Shown in pieces: positions 11,644 to 24,565 of a stretch of DNA of 64,000 nt. The notes below the pieces were generated by a model that did not search any database, was not told the origin of the DNA, and worked only from the letters and a program-made list of their open reading frames with translations. A program made the translations under genes and the position numbers. Origin of the DNA: Octopus sinensis (taxonomy: Eukaryota); contig NC_043007.1 in NCBI RefSeq assembly GCF_006345805.1, forward strand, positions 56,420,001 through 56,484,000, read 5' to 3'. Each line of letters starts with the position of its first letter. The stretch's first letter is position 1.

Positions 11644-13200
11644 CAGTATTGGCCAAAACTGGAGAACGTAAATAAAAAGTTTTTAATATTTACATTTCTA
11701 CTTCAGTTTTCCGAATGGGATTTTACAGTATCAACTTTAAAGTATTTCATTCTTTACAATAAATTTTGTAGGAAGTGATTAATAATTAAATAATTTATAG
11801 TAGAGAAAATGTTTATTTGGAAAGTACAAGATGGACAAAATTAGAGAACGTATCACGTAAAATTCACAAAGTGAAATCAGGCAACTCTCCGACCGATGTA
11901 AACTAAGTTGACCTAACAATGTAAAGATTTATATTGAACAGTAGTGAATTAACAGGCATGAAAGGCCGACGTAAAATTGATGAAGTCTTCAGAAAGCGAG
12001 TGGTGTCATTGAAAAAGAGGAAAAGCAATGTTTGCTATTGCCAGAGATATTAACAGATAAAAGAGTGTCTTTTCAAGAATATTCAAGCTTTATGAAGAAA
12101 GGTCTTTTGAATCATTAGGAAAACGAAGGAGACCACGGAAAATAAGTGTTCGGCAAGATCGTGTGTTTCAAAAGCTGTCGTAAAGAGACCGTTTCGATAC
12201 TGCTGTAGGAATTTCTCGCTAAGTAGATTGTGATATCGGAATGAATGTGTCTCGGAAAACTGGCTCGTCGTTTGAAGGAAGTCGGACTTCATGCCTGTTT
12301 CACCGTCACTAAACCTCTCACCAGTACGAAGAACCGAAAATCGAGGTTAGTCTTTGCCAACGAGCACATACTTTGGATGGACGGCAACTGGTCGCTGTTT
12401 TCTTCAGTGATGAAAGCAAGTTTAATTTGGTTGGCTCCGATGGTAGATAGTATGTGAAACGTCGTAAAGGTGAAAGATTGCTCAGTAAATGAGTGAAGAA
12501 ATTAGTGAAGTTTAGAGGTGGGGGTTCAATGATGTGGATATGATTTCTGCAGCAGGTGTTGGACCTTTGATCCGGATCCATGGTAATGTGAATGCAGCCA
12601 TATATTAAAACTCTTTCTTCAGCCAATCTTTATGTAGGATAATACATCATGTCATAGTGCTAAAATAGTTACTGATGTGTTTGAAGCTGAAAAACATTGC
12701 TGTGATGCAGCGATGTCTTGGCCTGCTCAGAGTCCTGACCTCAATCCCGTTGAAAACTTATAAAAAATACTTGGCAATAAGATCAGATAACATTGAGCTG
12801 CGAATGTTTCCATTTTGTGTGAAAACCTTCAGGAAGAATGGAATAAAATTACGTCAGAACACTGTCACATCCTACGAACGGAAATGAACTGAAGTCATTA
12901 AAAATAAAGGTGTGTACACATCATATTAATGTATTGATGTGGATTGTAAAAATTTCTGGCAAAATTTTGATTTTTTAAAATTTTACGTCATGCGCTCCCC
13001 TGTTTTGTCCATCTTGTATTTTTCCAATAAATATTTTTCTATTGTAAATTATTTAGTTATTAATCACTTCCTACAAAATTTATTGTAAATAATGAATATT
13101 TTTTAAGGCATATACAGTAAAGATTCCATTCGGAAAAAATGAAGTATAAATGTAAATATTTTAATTTTTTTCTTTTCGTTCTCAAATTTTGACTATTGTG
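11644..13200 (+). mobile_element. Tc1-like (DD34E) transposon with ~220-bp diverged TIRs and a degraded transposase
   Basis: TA flanks. Inverted arms ~11644-11860 and ~12978-13200. Remnant motifs RRLKEVGL, KPL...NRKSRLVFA, GGSMMW and WPAQSPDLNPVEN. Confidence 0.9.
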
Positions 13201-13291
13201 TATATATCGTGATAACTACCATATATGAAACGCTAGGTTCTTGAGTCACTTATATAGATTTCTCTTAGAGAGAAAATGTGAGAGTGAGAGA

Positions 13292-13364
<73 letters not shown>

Positions 13365-14665
13365 GTGTGTGCGTGTGTTTGTATATATACTGTATATCTA
13401 ACTAATTTTCTCACACTACTTGATCTGCGCCTTTGAAAAACTGTTCTATTGCGTTGGTTTAATTATGATGGTAAGTCTTTTCTGATCTTCTTGTTGCTGA
13501 TGCTGCTCTTTTGACTGAAATATTCATCAGGCATACCTGTGTACAAATGTTTTCTAGCCATACTTTCTCGTCTTTTTATCTAATATTTGCCTATCTGAAA
13601 CTATGTTAACCCATGTTGCTTCTAGAAAACTAGTGAAAGCAAACAACCACCTCTGTCGCTTCATGTAACGTTACTGTCATGACTCGAAGTTAAAGTAAAA
13701 ACAGCGCATGATGAGCGATGCTGGAAAAGACCCTTTTGTTGAAGCCCTTGTTGACTTCTTCCAGTATTAGTTGAAGTGAAAGTTGAAAGGGGAAATATGG
13801 TTCCTGACCTCCATTTAACTTCATGAAAGTTGGATGACAGTGACAAGTTTATTTTCAGTAAATAGATCAACCCTAAGGCTTCGTTAATAGTCTGACTGCT
13901 GGGAGAACAATATTTATGCTCGGTACTGTGAATTCTTATACTCACATTTTGACGTGTTGATTAAATTAGAATCAGTAATATTGATACCAGTTTTGCTTTT
14001 AATGACACCTCTCGTTGCTGCAAATTGTGGTGAATTTATTAAACTTTTCTAGTTACGGGATTTTTCTTTTTCACACAATAAGCTTCAAGCCAGTCTCCGT
14101 CGATGAAAACTCCGATCACAAAGTACTGGGCACCTATAGTCACAGGTCTTCAGCAAACTGCTGCGCAATGGAATTGAACTGGCTAATTAACTATATAGCT
14201 ATGTCTATGATTGTTGGCTTTTTTTTCTTTAATTTATAGGACTGTGGATTGTGATGGATTAGATGTTCAACAGTAAACGAAGCTTGGTTTCTTTTCCAAT
14301 CATTTGTAGTATTTAGATGTTTCAAATTGTTTGTACTTGTGGGAAAATGTTTGAAGGGGAAAGTAACGAGGAGCAAACCAATAATGTCTCACCAATTACA
14401 TTTTGGCAAGTTTACCGATTAAGTCTTTACCAGATCCTTTCATAACCTAAAACTCGTCTGAACTAAATCTTCCTGTTTATGTGAAATAAATGTGACACCA
14501 CCCTTTGCATAAACAACAAATAAAAGACAGTTAAATAAGTTTTAAAGGGAATTACATTTAAAACAAGATGAAATTCTAAATTCTACTAAGCTGAATAGAT
14601 TTTCTTCATAAAATGTTTACATCAAATTCAGCTTCGAGTGTTTGTGATTTGTTTACATCATTTTC

Positions 14666-15331
14666 AGGAGCTCAGGGTTGATGATAGCTAAAAAAAATGT
14701 AAAAACTCAGAAAATAAGATAAAATAAATAAAAACGATAAGCCCGATATAATAACCAGACTGAATGACTGTTAGCACAGAAAAACAACAACAAAAATATC
14801 AAATTATGAAAATGTAAAAGTATTCATATATGTTGTCGTGGTTGCTTCTAATTTTGTTATATTGTTGAGTAGCCACAGTCTACTCATGGCTGGAGCTGTC
14901 ATTGCTACTCTTGCTTTTCGACATTTATATCCTTGCTGTTGAATTTCTCGAGGCTTATTTCTAAATGTTGTTGTATATTATTTGTTATATATATATCATT
15001 CGTGTTCCTCTCAGAGAGGAACGACTGCAATAGTTACGAATAGAATTATTTGATACTGGCTGGCTTGTTTTCGTGTTGATCATTCCAATATAACAGTTAA
15101 AGTTCACAGCAAGATAGACAAATACCCAGACACACAGACAACCAAATACTCAAGCAAGCTTAAACACATGCATACAAGGAAAATAGCGTTAAGATAGACG
15201 ATCAAAATGATTGTTAAATCCATTCTGTTAGGAGCTCAGGGTTGATGATAACTAAAAAATGTAAGAACTAAGAAAATAAGATAAAATAAATGAAAACGAT
15301 AAGCCCGATATAATAACCAGACTGAATGACT
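14666..15331 (+). repeat. ~103-bp direct repeat pair (14666-14769 and 15230-15331)
   Basis: aggagctcagggttgatgata...gcccgatataataaccagactgaatgact occurs twice, roughly 90% identical by eye. Confidence 0.9.
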
Positions 15332-15886
15332 ATTACCCAATGTGTATTAATGCATATTACCCAATTTGTATTAATGTGCATTCCTCTATGTGTGAGTGAA
15401 TGCGCGCGCGCGTTTCCGACTTTTATCGCAAGGGATGTCTGTTGTGAAAATGGTCAACATGATGGCAAATATGATAACTCGTATGACAAAATGTTAAAAT
15501 ATGCCTCTCCAAAAATGTGTTGTATGAAAATTGCCCTATTAGTGTAGTAACTTACATTCCGCTTTACAACAGTTTAAACAATCGAATCTTCGATGTTGTA
15601 CAATGCAAAATCACAGATCAATATGAAACGCCATTTGAATTTACCAATAATTTTGATTTTATTCCAGAAAATTCTTCGTACCACAGAAGAACAAAACAAC
15701 AGGGCAGCGAAACAACAAGAGGTTTGGTCTTCTCTGTACTAATGCAGTAGACCGTACATAATTCTGTGTCGATGAATGCTACTTTCTACAATTCTTACCC
15801 CGCTATTGTTTCTTCAAAATTCTCGACATTGAAGTTAAAATAAATATTGAAGCTCTGTTTTTCTACTCATATTTGTTTGACATGTA

Positions 15887-15986
15887 NNNNNNNNNNNNNN
15901 NNNNNNNNNNNNNNNNNNNNNNNNNNNNNNNNNNNNNNNNNNNNNNNNNNNNNNNNNNNNNNNNNNNNNNNNNNNNNNNNNNNNNN
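15887..15986. other. Assembly gap (100 N)
   Basis: Run of 100 n. Confidence 1.
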
Positions 15987-16139
15987 AAATTTGGGGGGAA
16001 GGGGTTAGTCGCATACATCAACTGCAGTACTTCACTGGTACTTATTATATCGACTGAGCAGCGGTAGCATTGCCATTAAGCATTTTGTATTGTGTCTTGA
16101 TGATGATTATGATGATGATTTAAAATTTTACTCCTCCCC

Positions 16140-16744
16140 TAAGTTGCTGGCACAAGACCAGTAATTTAGGGAGAGGATGGAGTTGATTACATTAATGGTA
16201 CTTATTTTATCGACCCCAAGAGGATGAAAGGCAAAGTTGAACTCGGCGGAACTTGAACTCCAAACAAAGACGGACGAAATTCCGCTAAGCATTCTGCCCA
16301 GCGTGCCACCGATTCTGCCAGCTCGTCGCGTTTTTTGAAATTTTGACACAAGACCAGCAATTTCAGAGGAGTTCAGTCAATTGCATCAACTTCTATGCTT
16401 ATCTCCAAAGGGATGAAAGACAAAATTGACCTCGGCGGAATTTGAACTCAGAATATGAAGAGGGACAAAATGTCACCAGGCGTTCCACTCGGCGTGCTAA
16501 CGATTCTACCAACTCGTCACCTTAATAACAATAATAATCCTTTCTACTGAAGGCACAATGACAGAAATTTGGTTGGGGTGGACCAATCGATTACAGCAAC
16601 ACCAGTGTTTCACGGGTACTTAATTTATCGACCCCGAAAGGATGAAAGGCAAAGTCGACTCGGCAGAATTTCAACTCAGAGCGTAAAGACGGATGAAAAG
16701 CCGCTAAGCATTTTTCCGACGTGGTAAGTATTTTGCCAGCTCAC

Positions 16745-16750
<6 letters not shown>
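16140..16750 (-). mobile_element. Three head-to-tail family A SINE copies
   Basis: Repeated core ...gatgaaag(g/a)caaa...ctcggc(g/a)gaa(c/t)tt(g/c)aactc...gattctgccagctcg at ~16140-16330, ~16345-16520 and ~16535-16750. Confidence 0.85.
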
Positions 16751-16818
<68 letters not shown>

Positions 16819-16854
16819 CAACAATAATAATAATAATGCAATAATGCAATAATA

Positions 16855-17382
16855 ATGGCTCCCATGGGTTCTGATCTTAACTGATTGGAAGTGTTATCAT
16901 ATACATTGTTTTGTCTTGGTATAAAAGATGGGCTACAGCTAATATTCTGCTCAATACCACAGATTTGCTTGTCAGTTGCTTCAACTCAACCAGTTAAGCA
17001 TGTCCCTTGGTGGCTAATGATATGTGCATCTCTGATTATGAGCAGAAGTACTGGGGGAGCATCATAGCCATGTTGAGAGGATTTTGGGGTGGTTTGGATA
17101 ATTCCCCTGTGGAAATATGGGTGTTTTGTTCATCATCCTTAAACAACCCTTATTCAGGGATCTTTTGAGCGAGATGGGCTACTCGACCAGAAGAAAATTC
17201 TAAATGGGCCCCACCGGCAAGGTTATGCGATGTTTATCTTGATATAAGATCACTACTTTGTGCACTGTTGTTGTGATGCATGTGTCTGGTGTACCCTTAT
17301 CAGACGGTTTGTCATGATGGATGAACTGGGCTTCGTATATTTTATCCCAGTTCCACTTTGATTGCATGTACTGCTCTCTCGT

Positions 17383-17383
<1 letters not shown>
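16855..17383. repeat. ~530-bp interspersed-repeat-like unit embedded in (AAT)n arrays
   Basis: Non-coding block bounded by (AAT)n at 16749-16830 and 17385-17452; resembles a common Octopus repeat from memory; family not assigned. Confidence 0.5.
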
Positions 17384-17454
<71 letters not shown>

Positions 17455-17639
17455 TTTGTTTCAAATATAGCCGCATGGCAAAAGATTTTGAGGGGTGGAG
17501 TAAGTTGATATCATCGGCATCAGTACTTTTAATACTTTATTTCTCAATCCCAGAAGAATGACAGATAGATTTGTCCTCGGCGTGTTTGAAACGCAAAAAC
17601 AAGGAAAAAGTAAAGGGTAGGAACAAAATAATAATAATT

Positions 17640-18700
17640 CTTTAATAGATCTTTTATTTTGCACAGAGGTGTTACAAAAACAGATTTGCAAATTTTGTGG
17701 CTTAAAGTAGAAATAGAATGGGTTAAAAATAGGTTAGAAATAACCCACATAATACAGTGGGGTGGGGATGAGGAGAATGCACCATATGTTTTTAAATTCT
17801 ACTTGGATTTGTGCACAAGTGATGGGACTGTTTGCAACTTTGATAAGAAGTAGGAAATGCCAAATAATATTTTTTAGGATGAATATTCAATGATACAGAA
17901 AATTAAAACTTTAGAGGCCTTATGTGGGACTTTAGGAAGGAATAGTAGCGATATTGTCACACCCTACCAGTGACCCCCAAAGAAACAAAAAGGGTAAGGA
18001 AATTGTGTATGACTAAAATCGTTATGGCGTTCAAATAGTCTATAAACAACACTCCTATTTTCGGAGGGACATCATCTATCCGATCAGTTTGCTACAATAT
18101 TGTAGAGAGAAGTTATCCTTTTGGTAGTGTTGGTGTCATAGATACAGCTTCTATGAAAACAGTGCCAAAATCAGTTGACCTATTAGTGTGGAAGAGATTT
18201 ACCAAACTGTAATATCGTTAAGTAATCCACAAATGGTTGTGTGAAAAGAATATTTGGGCACGTGTAACAGTCCCATGTTTTAGATGTGTGTAAGGTGGCG
18301 AGCTAGCAGAATCGTTAGCACGCCGGCAAAATGCTTAGCATTTTGCCTGTCTTTACGTTATGAGTTCAAATTCCACCGAGGTCGACTTTACCTGTCATCC
18401 TTCCGGGATCGATAAAATAAGTAGCAGTCGAGCATTGAGGTCGATGTAATCGACTTAGCCTCACCCCCAAATTGCTGGCATTCTAACAAAATTTGAAACA
18501 ATATTTAGATGTGTAGTTTTTCCCTAAACACTCCAAATTCAACACTTTATAAAAATGTTTTAATTTCGATTCGTGATTTCTCTCTTAATACTCCATCTTC
18601 TATATATTTTGGAAGTTATTTTAAGAATTAAACAATAACATGAATAAAGATCCAGCAAACTTCTTTTCCTTTCCTTCAATCTATATCCTTTATTTACACT
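17640..18700 (+). pseudogene. Decayed L1/Tx1-like ORF2 C-terminal fragment, split by a SINE
   Basis: With the SINE removed, the frame reads DLLVWKRF...HKWLCEKNIWARVTVPCFRCVVFP*TLQIQHF, resembling the C-terminal CxxC..H knuckle region; many stops. Confidence 0.4.
18290..18503 (+). mobile_element. Family A SINE with an 11-bp TSD
   Basis: Head aggtggcgagctagcagaatcgttagc; B-box gagttcaaattcc; TSD tttagatgtgt at 18279-18289 and 18504-18514. Confidence 0.9.
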
Positions 18701-19251
18701 AATTAAGAATTTGTCATAGACATAAATAAATTTTTTAATATATTGTTAATAATTAGTGTGTGTCTGTAGCACAGTGTACTAGCCACTTGACTGCTATATA
18801 AGAATTTCGTTTCTTTCATCTTCTTTCATGAACGACAGCATTTCAAGAGAGAGAGCCACTCGTGTTCTCTTCAACAGAATAGGCATTCAGACATTCATTA
18901 AAAACAATTTATAGCAGCTTTGCAGCTTGGGTTATGCCGGTTATTCTGATTGTGTGCGTGTGTGTGTGTGTGTGTACATGCACACACGAACCAGGCTCCT
19001 CCACCTTCAGCGAAAATATTTGCCTCTTAATCCTATCATTCAAACACACACACACGCACATAATGTATGTAAGTGCGTGTGTGCGTGTGCGTGACATGTG
19101 TAAACGCTGTATCATTTACCTGCATAGTTACGAACAAGTGCGAAAACAAACATATCCTCAAAACACAATAACACACAATAACCATATCGCATAATGTCAA
19201 AGTTACAAATGAGCCCCTGTGAATGTCATTTATACACACACACACACACCT

Positions 19252-19285
<34 letters not shown>

Positions 19286-19381
19286 GAGATGACACACGGC
19301 GATCACACATGTGTGTGTGTGTCCATACCCAAACACTCACACACAAACATATAAAATATATACTGTATATACATATAGATA

Positions 19382-19548
19382 CAGGCGTGGCTGTGTGATA
19401 AGAAGTTTACTTCTCAGCTTACGGTTCTGGGTTCAGTCCTACTGCGTGGCACCTTCAGTAAGTGCCCTCTACTATAGCCTCGAGCCGACTAAAGCCCCAA
19501 AGCCTTGTTAGAGAATTTGCTAGATGGAAATTGAAAGAATCCCCTCGT
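19382..19548 (+). mobile_element. Octopus SINE family B, 5' half
   Basis: ggcgtggctgtgtgataagaag...gggttcagtcc...gtggcacctt...aagtg tRNA-like head. Confidence 0.8.
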
Positions 19549-19740
19549 AAATATGTATATATATATATATATATATCTGTCTATATCTATATATACATAC
19601 ATATATATATGTATGTTTATACATATTTGTATATATATATATGTATGTATATACATACGTAACATGTGTGTGTGTGTACGTATATGAGTGTGTATATATA
19701 TATAACGGGAAGCTTTATGAAAATAAACAAAAGACGAAGG

Positions 19741-19846
19741 CAGGTGATACGTGGCACCATCTTAGGAAAGTGTCTTCTACTATAGCATGGGGCCGACCAA
19801 AGCCTTGTGTTTGGATTTGGTAGACGGAAACTCAAAGAAGCCCCTC

Positions 19847-19915
<69 letters not shown>

Positions 19916-20135
19916 TGTCTGTCTGTCTGTCTATTTGGATGTCTGTGTTTGTCCCCCCAACATCGCTTGACAACCGATGCTGGTGTGTTTACGTCCTCGA
20001 AACTTAGCGGTCTGGCAAAACGACCGATAGAATAAGTACTAGGCTTACAAAGAATAAGTCCTGGGGTCCATTTGCTTGACTAAAGGTGGTGCCCCAGCAT
20101 GGCCGCATTCAAATGACTGAAACAAATGAAAGAAA
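19741..20135 (+). mobile_element. SINE family B with internal (TA)/(TG) microsatellite
   Basis: gccgaccaaagccttg...ggaaactcaaagaagccc...cgcttgacaaccgatgctgg...ggtgccccagcatggccgc...tgactgaaac. Confidence 0.85.
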
Positions 20136-20138
20136 TAC

Positions 20139-20171
<33 letters not shown>

Positions 20172-20204
20172 CATGTGTGTGTGTGTACGTCGTGTATATG
20201 TATG

Positions 20205-20257
<53 letters not shown>

Positions 20258-20504
20258 GTATATATATGTATATATATATATATATATAATATATATATAT
20301 ATATTATATATATATATTATATATATATATTATATATATATATATAATTTAAAAATAGGATAAATCTTTATAAGAATTTATCAAGTAGTCAGCGCGAAAA
20401 ACCTCATAAGAAAAAAATCCAATAATTTTTTCACTTAAATATATTTATTTATATTATATACAGGGCATTATTACACATAAATGCCCTCTATATAATATAT
20501 ATAT

Positions 20505-20730
20505 ATATCTGTGTTTGTACCCCCACCACCGCTTGACAACCGATGCTGGTGTGTTCATGTTCCTGTGGACTAGCGGTTCGGCAAAAGACACGAGACGCGG
20601 ATAGACTGAGTACTAGAATTACAAAAAATAAGTCCTGGGATTGATTCCTTCGACTAAAACCCTTTAAAGCGATGCTCCAGCATGGTCGCAGTCAAATGAC
20701 TGAAAGAAGTAGAAGAATGAAAGAATATAA
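20505..20730 (+). mobile_element. SINE family B, 3' half
   Basis: ccaccgcttgacaaccgatgctgg...gctccagcatggtcgcagtcaaatgactgaaag. Confidence 0.8.
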
Positions 20731-21389
20731 TTTATGTTGATGCAAACAGAAAAAGCGTATGCATTTTTTATTAGTATTTCGTAAAACAGGGTGACTTTGA
20801 TAAGTGCCAAGCCACGAAACTCTCGAACCTTGAACCATTCTGCGACACATTAACGCGTGCGTGTGTGTATGTTTGTATCTTTGCGCGTTGTTCGCGCAGG
20901 CGATTTTGTTTCAATGTTTGTACCCACAACTGCCAGAAATCTGATGCTTTTTTGTTTACGTACCCGTAACTTAGCACTTCGGCAAAAACGTGTGATAAAA
21001 GATGTACTAGCCTAGCGTTTAAACAAATAAGTAGGGGAATCAATGCGTTTGACTAAAATTCTTCAAGGACATGTCCCAGTATGGTAACAATCTATTAGTG
21101 GAAACAAGCACAATTCCCGAGCGTTATATTAATACACGTGTTTGTTTTCGTCTTTTGTTTTTTTTTTTCGTGAATTCTCCCTATATATATATATATATAT
21201 ATATATAAAGAAGAATTATTAAAGAGTGCAATACAATAGTATTGGTATCCAGTAAAACAAAGCACCATCAGATTAAGGTATAAATAAACAATCTTTCAGT
21301 GTTGAAACTTTTTTCAATTCTGTCTAGACTTTCTTGAGGGGATTTCTTCGAGCCAGAAATTTATTGCCTCTAGTCAATATTCTTTACAC

Positions 21390-21425
<36 letters not shown>

Positions 21426-21716
21426 GAGAATATGGACTAGAGGTAATAAAGCTCCTCATGAAATTCCAGACTGAACTGAAACAAGTTTCATCACTGAAGG
21501 AGTAAAGTATATATATATATACATATATACATTGAAATTTTACTATAGCGTCGTATATTATCAACTGCTATTTCCAGTAAATATCGGTGCATTGTCGTAC
21601 CACTACCTTGTATGTATGTATGTATGTATGTATGTATGTATGTATGTATGTGTATGTATGTATGTATGTATGTATGTATGTATGTATGTATATGTATGTA
21701 TGTATATGTATGTATA

Positions 21717-21757
<41 letters not shown>

Positions 21758-21765
21758 TATATATA

Positions 21766-21816
<51 letters not shown>

Positions 21817-21818
21817 AG

Positions 21819-23873
21819 ATATGGACAAGAGGCAACAATTTCTGGCTTGAGAAATCCCATCATGAAATTCCAGACAGAATTGAAAAAAAGTTTCATCACT
21901 GAAGGAGTAAAGTTTTATCCTCGAAAACATATTTGACTTCGTTAGCAATATCTGCAAACAAATAACTGGGATTGAGATGGGGGCGGAACAAAAGTTGATC
22001 TGACTTACACAAATCTAATTGTGGCTTACATGGAGGTCCAGATATATGAACAATCACAATTAAGATATGGCTTGAACTTCCACAAATATCTACTAGAAAC
22101 CTGGAAAGGTTATCTAGATGACAGCCTAATCCTATGGACGCATGCACTTAAACAACTTATAGATGTCAAAGAACTAATCGACAGCATAAACAATAATATA
22201 GACTTCACCATGGAATACAGTAAAACTCAACTACCATTCCTGGATATACTAATCATCAAAAGAGATAAAAACTTTGAAACAGACATTTACTACAAACAAA
22301 CAGATTCTATCCAATATTTACTGTTCTCCTCATACCATCTCAAACACTCGAAGAATAATATTTCCTTTAATACAGCAAGAAGAATCTGCACAACTGTCTC
22401 AAACCTCGAAACTCGCAATCAAAGACTCCAGCAACTAAAACAAGTACTACTTAAAAGACATATCCATTAAAGTTAATAGACAAAGGAATAGAAAGTACCA
22501 TTGCAATAAATATCCAAAAACTACGGAAAGCGAAAAACGCTCCAGATATATCCAATAATTTACCATTTATTACAACACACAACCCAAGAAATACAGAGTT
22601 TTACAATATTATCCACCAGAACATCCCACAAGACCCAAGAAGGAAACTAGCATTCGAAATACTCAAAATAATTAAAAGTAAAAGACAATCAGTCTCTCAA
22701 AAATTTCTCACAAGTGCTAAATTACCTTCCACAACTCCTACATCAACATTCAAAAAGTGTGGCTGCTCGAACTGTGGGACTTGCATTAGTCTTATTGAAG
22801 ACACAACATGCAAATTCAAATCAGGACAGATTTATACCGTAAACAATCACTTTACATGTTCATCAAGGAATTTAATATACGCTATCAAATGACAAGGATG
22901 TAATGAAGATTACATAAGCCAAACAAAGCTTACTCTAAGAAATAGACTGACCATTCACTGACAACAAATTTGAGACCTCAGTACTAAGCAGATTCCACTG
23001 AGGGGACACATAGACATACGTGCAAAAAATAAGTCCCCTAAATTTCAGGTCTTCCCACTCTACTTATATTCAGTGCTTACCACAGATGAAACACGGATAA
23101 ACAAAGAGAATACTTTCATACAAATGTTCAAACCCAGTCTTAACAAATTTTAACAAAGTACATACACAAATAAGTATGCACACGCAAAACTCATTCTGCC
23201 ACTTAACTTGAGGAACCTACAAAGCTAACAACCTAAACTTTAGCCACTGGACTACATACAGAAGACTCCTGTCTGCTCTCCCATTAAACAGATTACATTT
23301 GGAGTGCCTTCATTCTAACTAAACACGTTCACCCAACCGTGTTGGCCTTCATTTTAGACGCAAAATATGCTGTCACGTGACACTAATGCACGGACGTAGC
23401 GGGAAACGTAACGGAGGTTTTTTTAGCTAAATCACGTGTTCAGTCTCTACAAACATTTGACAGAAAATATTCAGAGCATTGATTGTTTAGTATTACCACT
23501 AGACCTGTTCACTCAACCATGTCAGCCTTAACTTACGACGCTAAACATTGTCACTTGATACTAACACACGCACGTAGCGGGGAACCTACAAACATTTCTA
23601 AGACCACTCTACCTATCAAACCCTATTCAAAACATACTAATTTGAGCCATGAACTCCCTATAGAAACAGGGCAAGCGTCAAGCACTAGTGAGAAGCAAAA
23701 CAGCTGTGATATAAGCCACGTTTTTCTATTTCAAACTTTAGAAAATCAGTGTAAACTGTGAAACCAGTTAAAAAATTTAAATATAATAATAAAACATATT
23801 TGAACTATTCTCGGTGCATTTTCAATTTCTTTTCTTCCTATAATTCTACCCGTGTGGAATAAAATAATACTGT

Positions 23874-23875
<2 letters not shown>
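21819..23875 (+). mobile_element. 5'-truncated Penelope-like element (RT C-half, Cys-rich linker, GIY-YIG, 3' repeat region)
   Basis: GYLDDSLILW, LPFLDILI, DIYYKQTD..QYLLFSSYH, CGCSNCGTC, TCSSRNLIYAIK.QGC..DYISQT, FKPSLN; inserted after (TA)n; coding remnant ends at ~23153. Confidence 0.9.
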
Positions 23876-23917
<42 letters not shown>

Positions 23918-24049
23918 CAGACATCCATGCATATACGTATGCCACAAAGTCAGCATTAGCTATGAACTCCCTTACTAGAACTAGTACCGTAATCCTTGTC
24001 AACATCGTTAAAAACATAAACACTGCCCTCGGCATGAAATAGAGTTCCG

Positions 24050-24565
24050 TTAAGAGTGGAGTATAATGGGGTTTTCAAGGTAGTTATTGGATACGGCTAG
24101 ATTTATAGATGAATTATAAATTAAAGTTATTAGTTTTGTTGAAATTACTAGTAACACGCTTTTTATGCACCCAAACAACCTTAACATCTGAATAGTTAAC
24201 TTTATCTACATTGTACCCATATATATCAACTACAAGTTCTTGTGTGTATATTTTCCCAGGCAAATTTTATACATTTATACTATAATGTATATGTCTCGCA
24301 ATACGTTAATGCATTCCTTAAAATTTAGTTTATCCTTCTAATTCATTCCCATAAGAAAGTAGTTATCTGTTTTTTCTCCTGAACATTGTAATTCCTCCAA
24401 GCTTTGTAATTTTTCTCTTGACTAAACTTTGAAATCGATGATAAATTTCAAGATTACTTCCTCGAATCCATCTTATCCTAGTTGGTTTCCTGCATCTGGT
24501 ACCATTCTTCATTACCATCCTTAAATCCTCATTTACGATAATATTCAAATCATCCGCATAAAAAA
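24050..24565 (-). pseudogene. Old LINE reverse-transcriptase fragment
   Basis: YADDLNIIVNED motif at ~24525-24560 on the minus strand; the downstream frame is degraded. Confidence 0.45.

Noticed and set aside
14666-15331. TRIM (miniature LTR element) interpretation of the direct repeats
   Set aside because: No TG..CA ends, PBS, PPT or TSD.
16140-16750. CRISPR-like array or tRNA gene cluster
   Set aside because: The units are ~200-bp diverged SINEs without unique spacers; the heads have a B-box but no complete cloverleaf.
17640-18290. Minus-strand frame DDVPPKIGVLFIDYLNAITILV... resembling an nAChR/chemotactile-receptor TM3 or a GPCR
   Set aside because: No Cys-loop or consistent TM pattern and many stops; the plus strand fits a decayed L1/Tx1 ORF2 C-terminus better.
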